Positions 19,202-28,823 of a stretch of 64,000 nt of DNA are shown here, one piece after another. Within the stretch, counting starts at the first letter, position 1; each line of letters begins with the position of its first letter. The DNA is taken from positions 2,912,001-2,976,000 of the forward strand of contig JASGHG010000001.1 in assembly GCA_047602425.1 (NCBI GenBank), in the 5' to 3' direction. The notes beneath the pieces are model-generated. The model was not told the DNA's origin and made no database searches. It saw only the letters and a program-made list of their open reading frames with translations. The position numbers were made by a program, and so were the translations under genes. Source of the stretch: Nibricoccus sp. Lineage in GTDB: Bacteria > Verrucomicrobiota > Verrucomicrobiia > Opitutales > Opitutaceae.

Positions 19202-20350
19202 ATGAACGACGCTGAACAAATCGAGATCACGACCCGCTCCGAGCCCGGGGAAGTGGGATTGGTGGAGCCGCGCGACTTTGTTTCAACCGAGCCGTTCACC
19301 TTCGAAAGCGGCCAGGTGCTGCCGGGTTTTACGCTGCGTTATGAAACGTACGGTCACCTTAACGCGGCGCGCGACAACGTCGTGGTGGTCTGCCACGCGC
19401 TCAGCGGGGATCATCACTGCGCCGGCATTCATTCGCTCAACGACAAAAAACCCGGCTGGTGGAACAACATCATTGGCCCGGGCAAAGCCGTCGATACGAG
19501 CCGGTATTTTGTCATTTGCGCGAACGTGCTGGGCGGTTGCCAGGGCTCGTCGGGTCCGTCGACGATCAATCCCGCCACGGGCAAACCTTTTGGCATCGCG
19601 TTTCCTTTTGTGACGGTGCGCGACATGGTGCGGGCACAGAAACGTCTGCACGATTCGCTGGGCATCGCCTCGTTGTACGCCGTGATCGGCGGCTCGATGG
19701 GCGGCATGCAGGTGCTGCAATGGGGCATCGAATATCCCTCGTACGTGCGCCGCATGTTGCCGATGGCCACAACCGCGCGCGAGAGTGCGCAAGGCATCGG
19801 TTTCAACGAGGTGGGCCGCCAGGCGATCATGCAGGATCCTGAATGGCATCAGGGCGAGTACCCGAAAAACGGCGGCCCGAAAGTCGGCCTCGCTATCGCA
19901 CGCATGATGGCGCACATCACCTACGTTTCCGATGCAAGCATGGACCGGAAATTCGGTCGCAAGCGCAAGACTCCGACGGACAACGCGGCGTACACGTTTG
20001 ACGCGCAATTCGAGGTCGAAAGCTACCTGCGCTATCAGGGCGAAAGCTTCATCAATCGCTTCGACGCCAACTCGTACCTCTACATCACGCGCGCGATCGA
20101 CCACTTCGATTTGGCGGCGGCGTATGGTTCGCTGGAAAAGGCATTCGCCAATGTCGAGGCCGAGGCATTGGTCGTGGGCTTTACCAGCGACTGGCTGTTC
20201 CCGCCGGAACAAAATCGTCAAATCGCGCTGGCGCTTTTACGAGACGGCAAACGCGCGAGTTACGCCGAATTGTCCACCGACCTGGGTCATGATTCGTTTC
20301 TGCTCGAATCGGAGGAGCTCTACGCCTTGGTCCGCGGATTTCTGGCCTGA
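19202..20350 (+). CDS. metX: Homoserine O-acetyltransferase
   Basis: CHALSGDHH, NVLGGC.GSSGP, GGSMGGMQ, RFDANSY, GHDSFLLE. Confidence 0.93.
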   Translation: MNDAEQIEITTRSEPGEVGLVEPRDFVSTEPFTFESGQVLPGFTLRYETYGHLNAARDNVVVVCHALSGDHHCAGIHSLNDKKPGWWNNIIGPGKAVDTSRYFVICANVLGGCQGSSGPSTINPATGKPFGIAFPFVTVRDMVRAQKRLHDSLGIASLYAVIGGSMGGMQVLQWGIEYPSYVRRMLPMATTARESAQGIGFNEVGRQAIMQDPEWHQGEYPKNGGPKVGLAIARMMAHITYVSDASMDRKFGRKRKTPTDNAAYTFDAQFEVESYLRYQGESFINRFDANSYLYITRAIDHFDLAAAYGSLEKAFANVEAEALVVGFTSDWLFPPEQNRQIALALLRDGKRASYAELSTDLGHDSFLLESEELYALVRGFLA

Positions 20351-20411
20351 CGAAAAATAAAAAAGCGCGGCATTTTTCCATGCCGCGCTTGGATATTGAA
20401 AGCAGTTCGTT

Positions 20412-21029
20412 TTACTCCGGGCCATTGAGCGATTTGAAGGCGAGGGCGGCGACCGCGCCACCGGCGAGATCGGCCACGCAGTACACCCCGAGTTGTTGGA
20501 TCTTTTCCAGACCCATCACGAAAACACCAAGGCCGACAGCGGGATTGAACGCGCCGCCGGACACGCCACCGACTGCAACCGCACCGGTCAGCACGGTGAA
20601 ACCGATGGCGAGACCGTAGAAGGAATTGCCCGAAGTGCCTTTGGCGGTTGCGGCATTCAGGACCACCCACGCAAGCGCGAAAGTGAACAGAAATTCGACA
20701 ATCAACGAGGGCACCGTGCCATGGAGCGCCGGAGCGGCGGGTTTGCCGACAAAAAGATAGGTGACCAGCAAGGCGGCCACCGCACCGGCGACGAATTGAG
20801 CGATCCAGTAGGGGAGGAGATCCTTGGGCGCCGCTTTGCCGCGCAGCGTGACGGCGAGCGTGACCGCCGGGTTAAAATGGCCGCCGGAAATGTGACCGCC
20901 GGCAAAAATCATAACCATCAAAGCAGAGCCAATCGCGACGGGAGCCAGCGGAGCGCCGCCGCGGACGGACATGCCGACCGTGAAGACGAGGAAGAAGGTG
21001 CCGATGAATTCGACGATATATTTTTTCAT
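20412..21029 (-). CDS. MIP family channel (aquaporin)
   Basis: ISGGHFNPAVT and SGGAFNPAV (two NPA motifs). Confidence 0.93.
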   Translation of the reverse strand: MKKYIVEFIGTFFLVFTVGMSVRGGAPLAPVAIGSALMVMIFAGGHISGGHFNPAVTLAVTLRGKAAPKDLLPYWIAQFVAGAVAALLVTYLFVGKPAAPALHGTVPSLIVEFLFTFALAWVVLNAATAKGTSGNSFYGLAIGFTVLTGAVAVGGVSGGAFNPAVGLGVFVMGLEKIQQLGVYCVADLAGGAVAALAFKSLNGPE

Positions 21030-21116
21030 GGGAAGGAAGCGATGCTGTTAGACTTCGGACAAGGGAAAGGCAATCGGGCAGAATGGATCTGCAAACTGGT
21101 TATGAAAGCAATTTGC

Positions 21117-21872
21117 TTAAGAGATGCTTTGCCCTGCGGCGCGGCGAAGATTGTCGCAAACAATGGCGGCGGCGACGGCGGCGTTGAGCGATTCGGCACT
21201 GCCGAACCGGGGAATTGTGATAAAACGGGTCACACGGCTGCGCACGGTGGGGGAAAGTCCGCGGCCTTCGCTGCCGATGGCGACCACGGCGTCCTGCAGC
21301 GGCGCGAGATTATGCACATCGTCGCCCGCTAGATCGCAGCCGAGAACCGGAGCCGTGGTTTGTGCGAGCGTAGCGGCTAGATCGACGTTGAAAAACTTCA
21401 CGCGGCTAAACGAGCCCATGCTGGCGTGAATCACCTTTTGATTGAAAAAGTCGACGCTGTCCGACGATGCCACCACGCGGTCGAAAGCAAACCAATCCGC
21501 GATGCGCAGAAGCGTGCCGAGATTGCCCGCATCCTGTATGCCATCCAGGAGCAATGTAAGGCCGCGATTGAGCGCCTCGGGCGCAAGGACGGCGCGTTCA
21601 AGCCGGCCCACCGCGAGGATCGAGGAAGCGGTGGGGAAATGGCTGATCCGCGCCATTTCATCCGCTGAGATGACGCGCGGCCGGGGGTGATCCGATTTTG
21701 TCTGGACGGCGGACTGCCATCCGGCCGTGACATACAATTCGCAAAGCGGATGGCCGGTAGTGAGCAGTTCGGCGACGACCTTTTCGCCTTCGATCGCGAA
21801 GAGGCCGAGGGCATCGCGATGTTTCTTGTCGCGCAGGGAGCGGAGTCGGGCGATTTCTGCCTTCGATAGCAT
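21117..21872 (-). CDS. TrmH/SpoU family RNA methyltransferase
   Basis: DGIQDAGNLGTLLR, ASMGS, GSEGRGL, ESLNAAVA. Confidence 0.92.
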   Translation of the reverse strand: MLSKAEIARLRSLRDKKHRDALGLFAIEGEKVVAELLTTGHPLCELYVTAGWQSAVQTKSDHPRPRVISADEMARISHFPTASSILAVGRLERAVLAPEALNRGLTLLLDGIQDAGNLGTLLRIADWFAFDRVVASSDSVDFFNQKVIHASMGSFSRVKFFNVDLAATLAQTTAPVLGCDLAGDDVHNLAPLQDAVVAIGSEGRGLSPTVRSRVTRFITIPRFGSAESLNAAVAAAIVCDNLRRAAGQSIS

Positions 21873-21966
21873 ATTCCGAGCAGATACAACCGGCCGACAA
21901 AGGCAAAGCTTCCGCGAGGACGTTTTTTTCATTGCGTCAGTCTTTGGGCTTGAGACTTTGCGACGC

Positions 21967-22215
21967 ATGAAAATCCAAGCTCTGTTCCGGGGTATTGTTG
22001 TTTTGGCGCTGGTTTTTGTCGCGATTTACCTGGGCATGTCCAACACGCAATCCATCCAGTTTTCGTTTCCGCTTTTGCTGAAACAGAAAATCTCGCAGCC
22101 CGCCGCGCTGGTCTTTTTCGGCATGTTCGCCTTGGGACTCATCGTCGGGCTCATGCTGGTGCCGCGCCAGAAATCGGAAGACGAAGGAAATGCGCCGGCC
22201 CGGAGAAAAAAATAG
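21967..22215 (+). CDS. Small two-TM membrane protein, LapA/DUF1049-like
   Basis: TM-N.Q...F.F.L-TM-basic tail pattern. Confidence 0.65.
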   Translation: MKIQALFRGIVVLALVFVAIYLGMSNTQSIQFSFPLLLKQKISQPAALVFFGMFALGLIVGLMLVPRQKSEDEGNAPARRKK

Positions 22216-22490
22216 CCTGTTGTCGTGGCGGACGCGCGGCCTGCGGCCGGCGTTTGGAGCTGGCAAACGTTTCTGCTAGTGATGCAAAATGGTTGTGTAT
22301 TCGAATTTCAAAGACAGAGCTGGCTAAAAATTTGAAAAACGCGGGAACAAATATGTTTTAGGGTTTACCTATAGGGTTTTTTCCTATCAAAAAAATTCGT
22401 TAAATCCCCAATCAATCCACCCCACCAGCCGAATTGCTTGTCAGGCCAGTGTGCATGTGAAGACCCGATGTGCACGAACCTCCAACTCCA

Positions 22491-23231
22491 ATGAATACAT
22501 CCAGTAGTCTCTCGAAATCCCGTGTCGGTGCCCTCGCTGTTCTCGGAATGGCACTGACGATCGGTCTGTCGGCCGCGCCCAGCTCGGCCTCGCAACCCAC
22601 CAAAATCGAAGCCAAAGCCCAGCGCGAAATCGCGATGGTTTATCCCTACGAAATGCTGATTCAGGGCAAGCAGGGCTGGGCCGAGGCGAGTTTTGTGATC
22701 GACTACGCGGGCAAGCCGCTGTTCGCAACCCCCTCCACTTCAAGCGATCCGGCCTTTGCCAAGGCGGCGGTTGCAATGATCGAAGCCAACCGGTTCGCAC
22801 CGGCAAAAAAAGACAAGCGGGCGACGATGGCGATGTCCGCGCAGCGTTTCAGTTTTGAGGGAGACGCCTCCCTGACCCCGGAAACCCGTCGCGTGGTTGT
22901 CGAACTGCGCAAAGAGCGTCCGGCGATTTGCAGTCTGACGGAACTCGACGAACGGCCGAAAGCCCTGCGGCAGGATGCACCGGTGTATCCGCGCGCAATG
23001 AAAGACGACGGCCTCACCGGCCAGGCTGAGATTGAATTTGTGGTGACAGCCGAGGGCAACGTGGTTTGCCCACGAATTGTTTCGGCTTCGCAGGAAGATT
23101 TTGGTTGGGCAGCTGCGGCCGCGGTTGCGCAGTGGCGCTTTGAGGCGCCGACCAAAAACGGACAGAAGGTCGATGCCCGCATGACCGTTCCCGTGTTGTT
23201 TGACGCGCGTCGTCTCGCCGCGGCGGATTGA
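22491..23231 (+). CDS. Protein with two TonB C-terminal domains
   Basis: Signal peptide; two YP...G.A...F.. / W.F.P..K.G.KV repeats. Confidence 0.82.
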   Translation: MNTSSSLSKSRVGALAVLGMALTIGLSAAPSSASQPTKIEAKAQREIAMVYPYEMLIQGKQGWAEASFVIDYAGKPLFATPSTSSDPAFAKAAVAMIEANRFAPAKKDKRATMAMSAQRFSFEGDASLTPETRRVVVELRKERPAICSLTELDERPKALRQDAPVYPRAMKDDGLTGQAEIEFVVTAEGNVVCPRIVSASQEDFGWAAAAAVAQWRFEAPTKNGQKVDARMTVPVLFDARRLAAAD

Positions 23232-23264
23232 GTAATTAGTCCTGCCATTTAGTCATTTTCTCGC

Positions 23265-23298
23265 GCAAGGCCGGTTGATGCCGGCCTTGCTTTTTTTT
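23265..23298 (+). terminator. Intrinsic terminator
   Basis: GCAAGGCCGG-ttgatg-CCGGCCTTGC + T8. Confidence 0.85.
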
Positions 23299-23410
23299 AC
23301 GAAGTCGAAATGATGTAGGCATGGCCAAGAACAAAGCAGTGCGGTCGGTCCTTTGGAGCGATTTTCCCAACCGGAAAACGTCAGACCGTTTGTCGAAGAC
23401 GTTGTGCATC

Positions 23411-24121
23411 ATGAGCCGCCTCTTAGTGGCGGCCCTCCTCATCAAGGTGGGTTTGTGCAGTTCCTCAGCATGGGCTCAGGCACCGAAAGCGTTGCCGAAA
23501 GTTCAGGTATCGCGCTCGATCAATCCGGTGTTTCCGTATGAAGCGCTTATCGCGGGCAAGTCCGGTTCGGCCGAGGTCAATTTCACCGTCGGTACGGACG
23601 GTCGGGCCATTCTTTTGAGCACGGAGCGAGCCACGGACCGCGCCTTCGCCATGGCGTTACAGGCTGACATTGAGGCCATCGAATTCATCCCGCCACGTCG
23701 CAACGGCCAGCCGCAGATGACGATGACGCGCGAAAGCTTCGACTTTTCCGCGAAGCCTGCGCTCGACCCGATCGCCGAAGGAATTTTGAACGAATTGCGC
23801 AAACCCAACCCCGCCATCACGCCGGTGGAAGCGCTTGATGCCAAACCAGAGGCCATCCGCCAGCCGCCGTCCGCTTATCCTTGGGTGTTGCGGGCGGACG
23901 CGATGTCGGGTGAGGCGGTCATTGAGTTCATCGTCGATCGCAACGGCCGCACGTTGTTCCCGCGCATCGTTTCCGCATCGCATGAGGATTTTGGCTGGGC
24001 TGCGGCGACGGCTGTTCTCCGTTGGCGCTATAAACCGCCCACAAAAGGCGGAGCCAAGGTCGACACGCGGATCACGGAGACCGTGGTTTTTGACATCAAA
24101 AAAGCCTCTGAGATGTGGTGA
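23411..24121 (+). CDS. Protein with two TonB C-terminal domains (paralog of the upstream gene)
   Basis: Shared PYE.LI.GK.G and PRIVSAS.EDFGWAAA.AV..W motifs. Confidence 0.82.
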   Translation: MSRLLVAALLIKVGLCSSSAWAQAPKALPKVQVSRSINPVFPYEALIAGKSGSAEVNFTVGTDGRAILLSTERATDRAFAMALQADIEAIEFIPPRRNGQPQMTMTRESFDFSAKPALDPIAEGILNELRKPNPAITPVEALDAKPEAIRQPPSAYPWVLRADAMSGEAVIEFIVDRNGRTLFPRIVSASHEDFGWAAATAVLRWRYKPPTKGGAKVDTRITETVVFDIKKASEMW

Positions 24122-24165
24122 CGGCTAGCGTCTGAGCCATTGTTGGCGGTAGGGAGGCGTTGGGT

Positions 24166-25113
24166 CTATTCCGGTCTTCGATCCCGAAGGCTGTAACGCA
24201 GTAATGCCGGGTCCTTGCGTTCCCCGGTGACATAAATGGCGCGGCTGTCTTTTGAAAAGCAAATGGCCTCAGCTTGGGGCAGCCCATGTGGATCGAGAAC
24301 GAGCGGCGGCCGGCTCAATGCAACCGCCCAGCTTTCGCCCGGACGCCTGGGGAACAATAAGACATCACCATAAGTGAGCACGGTCGCGGCGGACAGGTCT
24401 CCCGCAAAATCGGCGCCCGTGACGAACGCACGGAACCGTCCCGAAGGCATGGGAAGAACTTTCTGACGGGAATTCGGCTGGGGAACATGGGCGAGACGTG
24501 CGACCAATTCTGCCGGTGCCACAGCGCCGGAGACTGGCTTCCGCAGCGGCAAAGAATAAACCACGGGCGGTGTAGTACGTTTGGTGAACAGGTAAACTTT
24601 TTCCTCCCGCGCATCGACGGCGACCGCTTCGCAATCGTGCGCCGCGTCCGGATATGCGACGGGAGTGCGCCACGCTACCTTCGTGGTCAGCTCCTGTGTG
24701 GTCGAGAGCTGTGAAGGATCCGGTTCTGCAACGACGAGCAGGGAACAGTCTTTGCGTTTGCCGTTGTTGTCACCGGTGTCGGCAATGAGCAGCCAGGACT
24801 GGCCGTCGAGTTCGAACGAGGCGATGTCTTCCCAATCGATGTTTTTGACGCCCTCGACACGCAGTGTGCCCCGCAAGCGGCCATCGGTGCCGATGGCGTA
24901 CAGGACGGGCTGGCCCTTGCTGTCGTTGTGGATCCAGAGTAGTTCGGGAGTGCGCCGCGAGGGCGCCAAACCGCTCGTTTCAGTGGCGGCGGCGTGGAAA
25001 AGCCGGCCGGCTTTTTCCGGCGGGGACGCTGGCTTTTCCTTGCACGCGCCGAGCAGCAGCGCCGCAAGGGCGAGCGTCAGACCGAGCGCGCGAAAAAACC
25101 GATGCCGGTGCAT
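24166..25113 (-). CDS. Putative lipoprotein, beta-propeller-like hypothetical
   Basis: LLGAC lipobox; ETSGLA, WIHNDS, DWEDIA, IADTGDN, DCEAV, QAEAICF. Confidence 0.75.
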   Translation of the reverse strand: MHRHRFFRALGLTLALAALLLGACKEKPASPPEKAGRLFHAAATETSGLAPSRRTPELLWIHNDSKGQPVLYAIGTDGRLRGTLRVEGVKNIDWEDIASFELDGQSWLLIADTGDNNGKRKDCSLLVVAEPDPSQLSTTQELTTKVAWRTPVAYPDAAHDCEAVAVDAREEKVYLFTKRTTPPVVYSLPLRKPVSGAVAPAELVARLAHVPQPNSRQKVLPMPSGRFRAFVTGADFAGDLSAATVLTYGDVLLFPRRPGESWAVALSRPPLVLDPHGLPQAEAICFSKDSRAIYVTGERKDPALLRYSLRDRRPE

Positions 25114-25120
25114 CAGGAAC

Positions 25121-25822
25121 TTAATATCCGCCACTCGCACCTGTGGAAGCAGCCCCGCCAGCTTCAGCGAGGATGGCGGCGGCGCTGGAGGTGCCCAATC
25201 GCGTTGCGCCGGCGGCGATGAAAATGCGGGCGTCGGCCAGTGTCTTGATGCCGCCGGCGGCCTTTAGCTGGATTTTGGTGGTTCGGTTTTTTGCCCAGAG
25301 CGCGAGATGTTCGACTTTTGCTCCAGTTGAACCAAATCCAGTCGAGGTCTTGATGAAATCGGAGCCGGCGTCCTCGCAAATTTTCAGCGCCGGCAGCAGA
25401 TCGGCGTCACGCAGGTAGCAGGTTTCGACGATGACCTTGATCAGCAGTCCGAGTTTGTGCGCATGGGCGGTCAGGAAGGAAACCTCGGCGGCAGCAGCGG
25501 CAACCTCGCCTTCGCGAAGTGCGGCGTAATTCATCACAATGTCGACTTCACGCGCACCCGCTTGGTGTGCGGCGGTGATTTCCTCGGCCTTGGCGCTGGT
25601 CGCGAAACGCCCACTGGGAAACCCAATCACCGTTCCAATGGGAACTCCTGTGCCTTTCAGAACCCGCGCAGCCGAGGCGACACTGGCTGGATAAATCATC
25701 ACGCAGGCGAAACGTTTGTCGGCGGCTTCGCGGCAAAGTTTTTCGATGTCGGCATGCGTGGCGTCGAGTCGGAGATTCGTCGAGTCGAAGGTGGCAGCGA
25801 GTTGCGCAAGGGTTAGATTCAT
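25121..25822 (-). CDS. deoC: Deoxyribose-phosphate aldolase
   Basis: TVIGFP.G, GA.EVDIVMN, KVIVET, DFIKTSTGF, KAAGGIK, TRLGTS. Confidence 0.95.
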   Translation of the reverse strand: MNLTLAQLAATFDSTNLRLDATHADIEKLCREAADKRFACVMIYPASVASAARVLKGTGVPIGTVIGFPSGRFATSAKAEEITAAHQAGAREVDIVMNYAALREGEVAAAAAEVSFLTAHAHKLGLLIKVIVETCYLRDADLLPALKICEDAGSDFIKTSTGFGSTGAKVEHLALWAKNRTTKIQLKAAGGIKTLADARIFIAAGATRLGTSSAAAILAEAGGAASTGASGGY

Positions 25823-25881
25823 GGCGCAAGGCTAGTTGGGCGGGGCCCGCCGGTGCAACTCTCGCGATGGATCCGCCTTGT

Positions 25882-26841
25882 TTAGCGGCGTGTTTTTAGA
25901 AAACGCGCGATCTCGCTGGCGCGCGGCATGGCCGGGGCGGTGCCGAATTTTGTAACGGACAGCGCCGCGACGGCATTGCCAAAACGGGCGGCTGCGACAA
26001 GGTCGCCTTCAAATTTGACCAAGCCCGCCGCGAACCCGCCCACGAAGGCGTCACCCGCGCCGGTTGTATCGACAACTTTGATACCTGTATAGGCCGGAAT
26101 AAAAACGAATCCATCCTCGCGCGACACGAAGCAACCGCGGGCGCCGAGGGTCACGATGACTGTGGGGACGCCGAGACTTTGGCAGAGGGCGTGAAGCTGG
26201 GTTTCTGTTGTTGCCTTCAGCGTATCCTCCGTAAACCCCGAACATCCCGTCTGAGGCAAAAGATTCATCAGGGCCGCAAACTCAGTCTCGTTCGGGATCA
26301 GTATGTCGGTGTGATTGAGCAGCGTCGCCGGAAAATCCGGCCGCATCGGCGCGGGATTGAGCACGGTGGTGACGCCGGCTTTGCGGGCGATTTTTAAAAC
26401 ATAGGCGGCGGTGTCGAGGTTCGATTCCAGTTGGGAAACCACCACGCGGGCCTGCTGTAGTGCTTTGGCGGGTACATCGCTTTTTTTGAGGTGGTCGTTG
26501 GCGCCCAACGCCACGATGATTTCGTTCTGGCCGTTCTCATTGACGAGAATGGCCGCGGTTCCGGTCGCGTGGGACGGTTTGAGCGCAAGCTGACACCCGA
26601 TTTTTTCCGCGCGATAAAATTCCCTCGCCTGGCTGGCGAAGGCGTCGTCTCCGGCGGCGCCCACAAAAAGTGTATCCACTCCAGCCCTACCGCTGGCAAC
26701 CGCCTGGTTGGAGCCTTTGCCGCCCGGCCCGGTCTTGAAAGTCCCGACGGTGGTCTCCCCGGGGCGAGGGAAAGCCCGGCATTTCCAAGTGAGATCCTGC
26801 ACAAAACTGCCAACGACAACGACGGAGGGGTGGGTGGGCAT
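25882..26841 (-). CDS. rbsK: Ribokinase (PfkB family)
   Basis: GGKGSNQAVA, NPAP, PNETE, DTTGAGDAF. Confidence 0.9.
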   Translation of the reverse strand: MPTHPSVVVVGSFVQDLTWKCRAFPRPGETTVGTFKTGPGGKGSNQAVASGRAGVDTLFVGAAGDDAFASQAREFYRAEKIGCQLALKPSHATGTAAILVNENGQNEIIVALGANDHLKKSDVPAKALQQARVVVSQLESNLDTAAYVLKIARKAGVTTVLNPAPMRPDFPATLLNHTDILIPNETEFAALMNLLPQTGCSGFTEDTLKATTETQLHALCQSLGVPTVIVTLGARGCFVSREDGFVFIPAYTGIKVVDTTGAGDAFVGGFAAGLVKFEGDLVAAARFGNAVAALSVTKFGTAPAMPRASEIARFLKTRR

Positions 26842-27079
26842 GGACCGATCATTGAACAACCATTCCGTTGTGACAAGCCGCGGTCGTTGGATTTTGTAAC
26901 AAAATTTTGATACAAACCGCTTCGGCTGGTGAAAAAAAAGTTAAGGCCCGGCATGCAATTTTCGAGGGGAACCAACCGCGGTAAAGAACGGGTAAATCCC
27001 CATTTATCATGCTCAATCGCGTGGCGAATCCGGTCGCTATTTGTAGTGTGAGGCCAACAAAAAACCACCGGTTCCTACC

Positions 27080-28495
27080 ATGAATTTAGTGAAAAAAATT
27101 TTGATCGTTCACGGCGATGCCAAGATGAAGCGTCGTCTCGTTTTGCTGCTGGCGGACGCGGGGTACGACTTGCGCGCATACACCGCGGGCGACCCCGCGC
27201 TTGAAACTGCGCGTGTCGAATGGTTCGACCTTGCCCTTGTGGATGCCTACCTGACCGGCCAGCCAAGTTTTGATTTTGTCGAGGCATTGAAAAAAGTTCA
27301 GCCCACGGTTCCGGTGGTCATGGTGGTTCCCCAACTCGAACTTCCCTTGATCGTGAAAGGCATTCGTATGGGCTTGAGCGACGTGCTTCCCACCACGGGC
27401 GACTTCCGTCCGCTCCTGCGGCGCGTCAACAACCTCCTCAGGCCGAACCAGGATATATCGACCATAGGGGAAAGCCTTACCTCCGCGGAGTTGGCCGACG
27501 CCGAGGCCGTGTTGCAGGTTCTCGGAAATCCCGAGATCGGCCAGAGTCAGGATCCCTTTAACGTGCCGGATGTTCGCGCCGAGCTCCTCAAAGGCGAAAA
27601 AGAACGCGCGCAGCTCGAGACCAAGATCGAACGCCTCGCGCACGAAAAGGCCGCCCTTGAGGCGGAGATGAAAACATTGCTCGCGCAAAATACCGACGCG
27701 GTTCGCATGCAGACCGAATTCAAGGATCTGCGCACGCAACGCGACATGGCCGCTGCGGCCCAAGCCATGATCGATCAGAAGGCGCGCGCCCTCGCCGACG
27801 CCCGCTCGGAACTTGCGCGTGAGCGCAGCCTGCTCGAAGAGGAGAGGCGGAAACTGGCCGAGACCACGCAGAAAATCGCTCCGGGTGGAAAAACGATTGA
27901 GGAACTTGCGAAGGAGAGAGCTGAATTCGACGCGATGCGCGCCAAGCATCTCGCCGACGAAGCGCGTTTGCGTGAAGAAGGCACGCGTCAGCAACACGAA
28001 GCCATGCAGATCGCACAGGAACGCCGTCGCTGGCATGAAGACCTCGACCTGCTCCGCGAGCAGGAAACCAATCTCCGCGAATACGAGGCTCGTCTGCGCC
28101 AATTGCAGGCCCAACTCGAGGCGGATCGAGTGCTTTGGTTCAGCTCCCGTCCGACTTCGCGTTCGCCGTTCCAGGACGACGCAGCCGTCAAAGCGGCGTG
28201 GGAAAAACTCCAGCGCGCGACCGATCTGCTCGAAGCCGAGCGCGCCGTTTTCCGTGACGAACGCATGGCGATGCGTGAGCTGGAAGCCGACATCAAACGT
28301 CGCGAAGCCAAACTGAACGAAGGCGATGCCGGCCTGGCCGACCACGATAAGCGTCTGCGCACCTTGATCACCACGACGCCGACCAACACGGCTCCCGGCA
28401 TTCCGGCTGGGGTTTCCATGGCAACGTCGCCGATGAAAATTCTCTCGAATCATCCTTTCGATCCGGCGAAATCCACGCCGACCCGCAAAGGCTGA
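27080..28495 (+). CDS. Atypical receiver domain plus long coiled-coil protein
   Basis: KKILIVHGD...FDLALVD receiver fold, then about 270 aa of E/R/K/A heptads. Confidence 0.78.
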   Translation: MNLVKKILIVHGDAKMKRRLVLLLADAGYDLRAYTAGDPALETARVEWFDLALVDAYLTGQPSFDFVEALKKVQPTVPVVMVVPQLELPLIVKGIRMGLSDVLPTTGDFRPLLRRVNNLLRPNQDISTIGESLTSAELADAEAVLQVLGNPEIGQSQDPFNVPDVRAELLKGEKERAQLETKIERLAHEKAALEAEMKTLLAQNTDAVRMQTEFKDLRTQRDMAAAAQAMIDQKARALADARSELARERSLLEEERRKLAETTQKIAPGGKTIEELAKERAEFDAMRAKHLADEARLREEGTRQQHEAMQIAQERRRWHEDLDLLREQETNLREYEARLRQLQAQLEADRVLWFSSRPTSRSPFQDDAAVKAAWEKLQRATDLLEAERAVFRDERMAMRELEADIKRREAKLNEGDAGLADHDKRLRTLITTTPTNTAPGIPAGVSMATSPMKILSNHPFDPAKSTPTRKG

Positions 28496-28566
28496 GTTTC
28501 TTATAACCGCATTCAGTTTTTATTTGAGCTTGCCCAGCTTGGGCGGAGCTGTTGGTTTCCCGCACG

Positions 28567-28665
28567 ATGAATCTCGTCTCCAAACGTACAAATATGGTCT
28601 CCGCCTCCAAAGCGGTGCGTATTTGCACGCATGCATGGTGGCACGGAGTGGCTCGACGATGGTGA
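28567..28665 (+). CDS. Putative Trp-rich leader peptide (32 aa; alternative start 28594)
   Basis: MNLVSKRTNMVSASKAVRICTHAWWHGVARRW*; TGG TGG at 28636-28641, TGG at 28660-28662. Confidence 0.7.
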   Translation: MNLVSKRTNMVSASKAVRICTHAWWHGVARRW

Positions 28666-28758
28666 CGCGCGAAGATCGCGTCCGGTGTTAACGAAACCAA
28701 AAAATAAACACCCCTCCCGTCGAGCCCGACTCCAAACCGAGTCGGGCTTTTTATTTTT
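28650..28758 (+). promoter_or_regulatory. Attenuator: antiterminator overlapping an intrinsic terminator
   Basis: GGCTCGACG (28650-28658) complementary to CGTCGAGCC (28718-28726); terminator AGCCCGACTC-caaacc-GAGTCGGGCT (28723-28748) + T-tract. Confidence 0.72.
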
Positions 28759-28823
28759 CCCGTCCGAACCTCGATAAAACCGCAAAGCCAGAAAGCTCAG
28801 ATTTTTCAAAACCACTTTATGTC

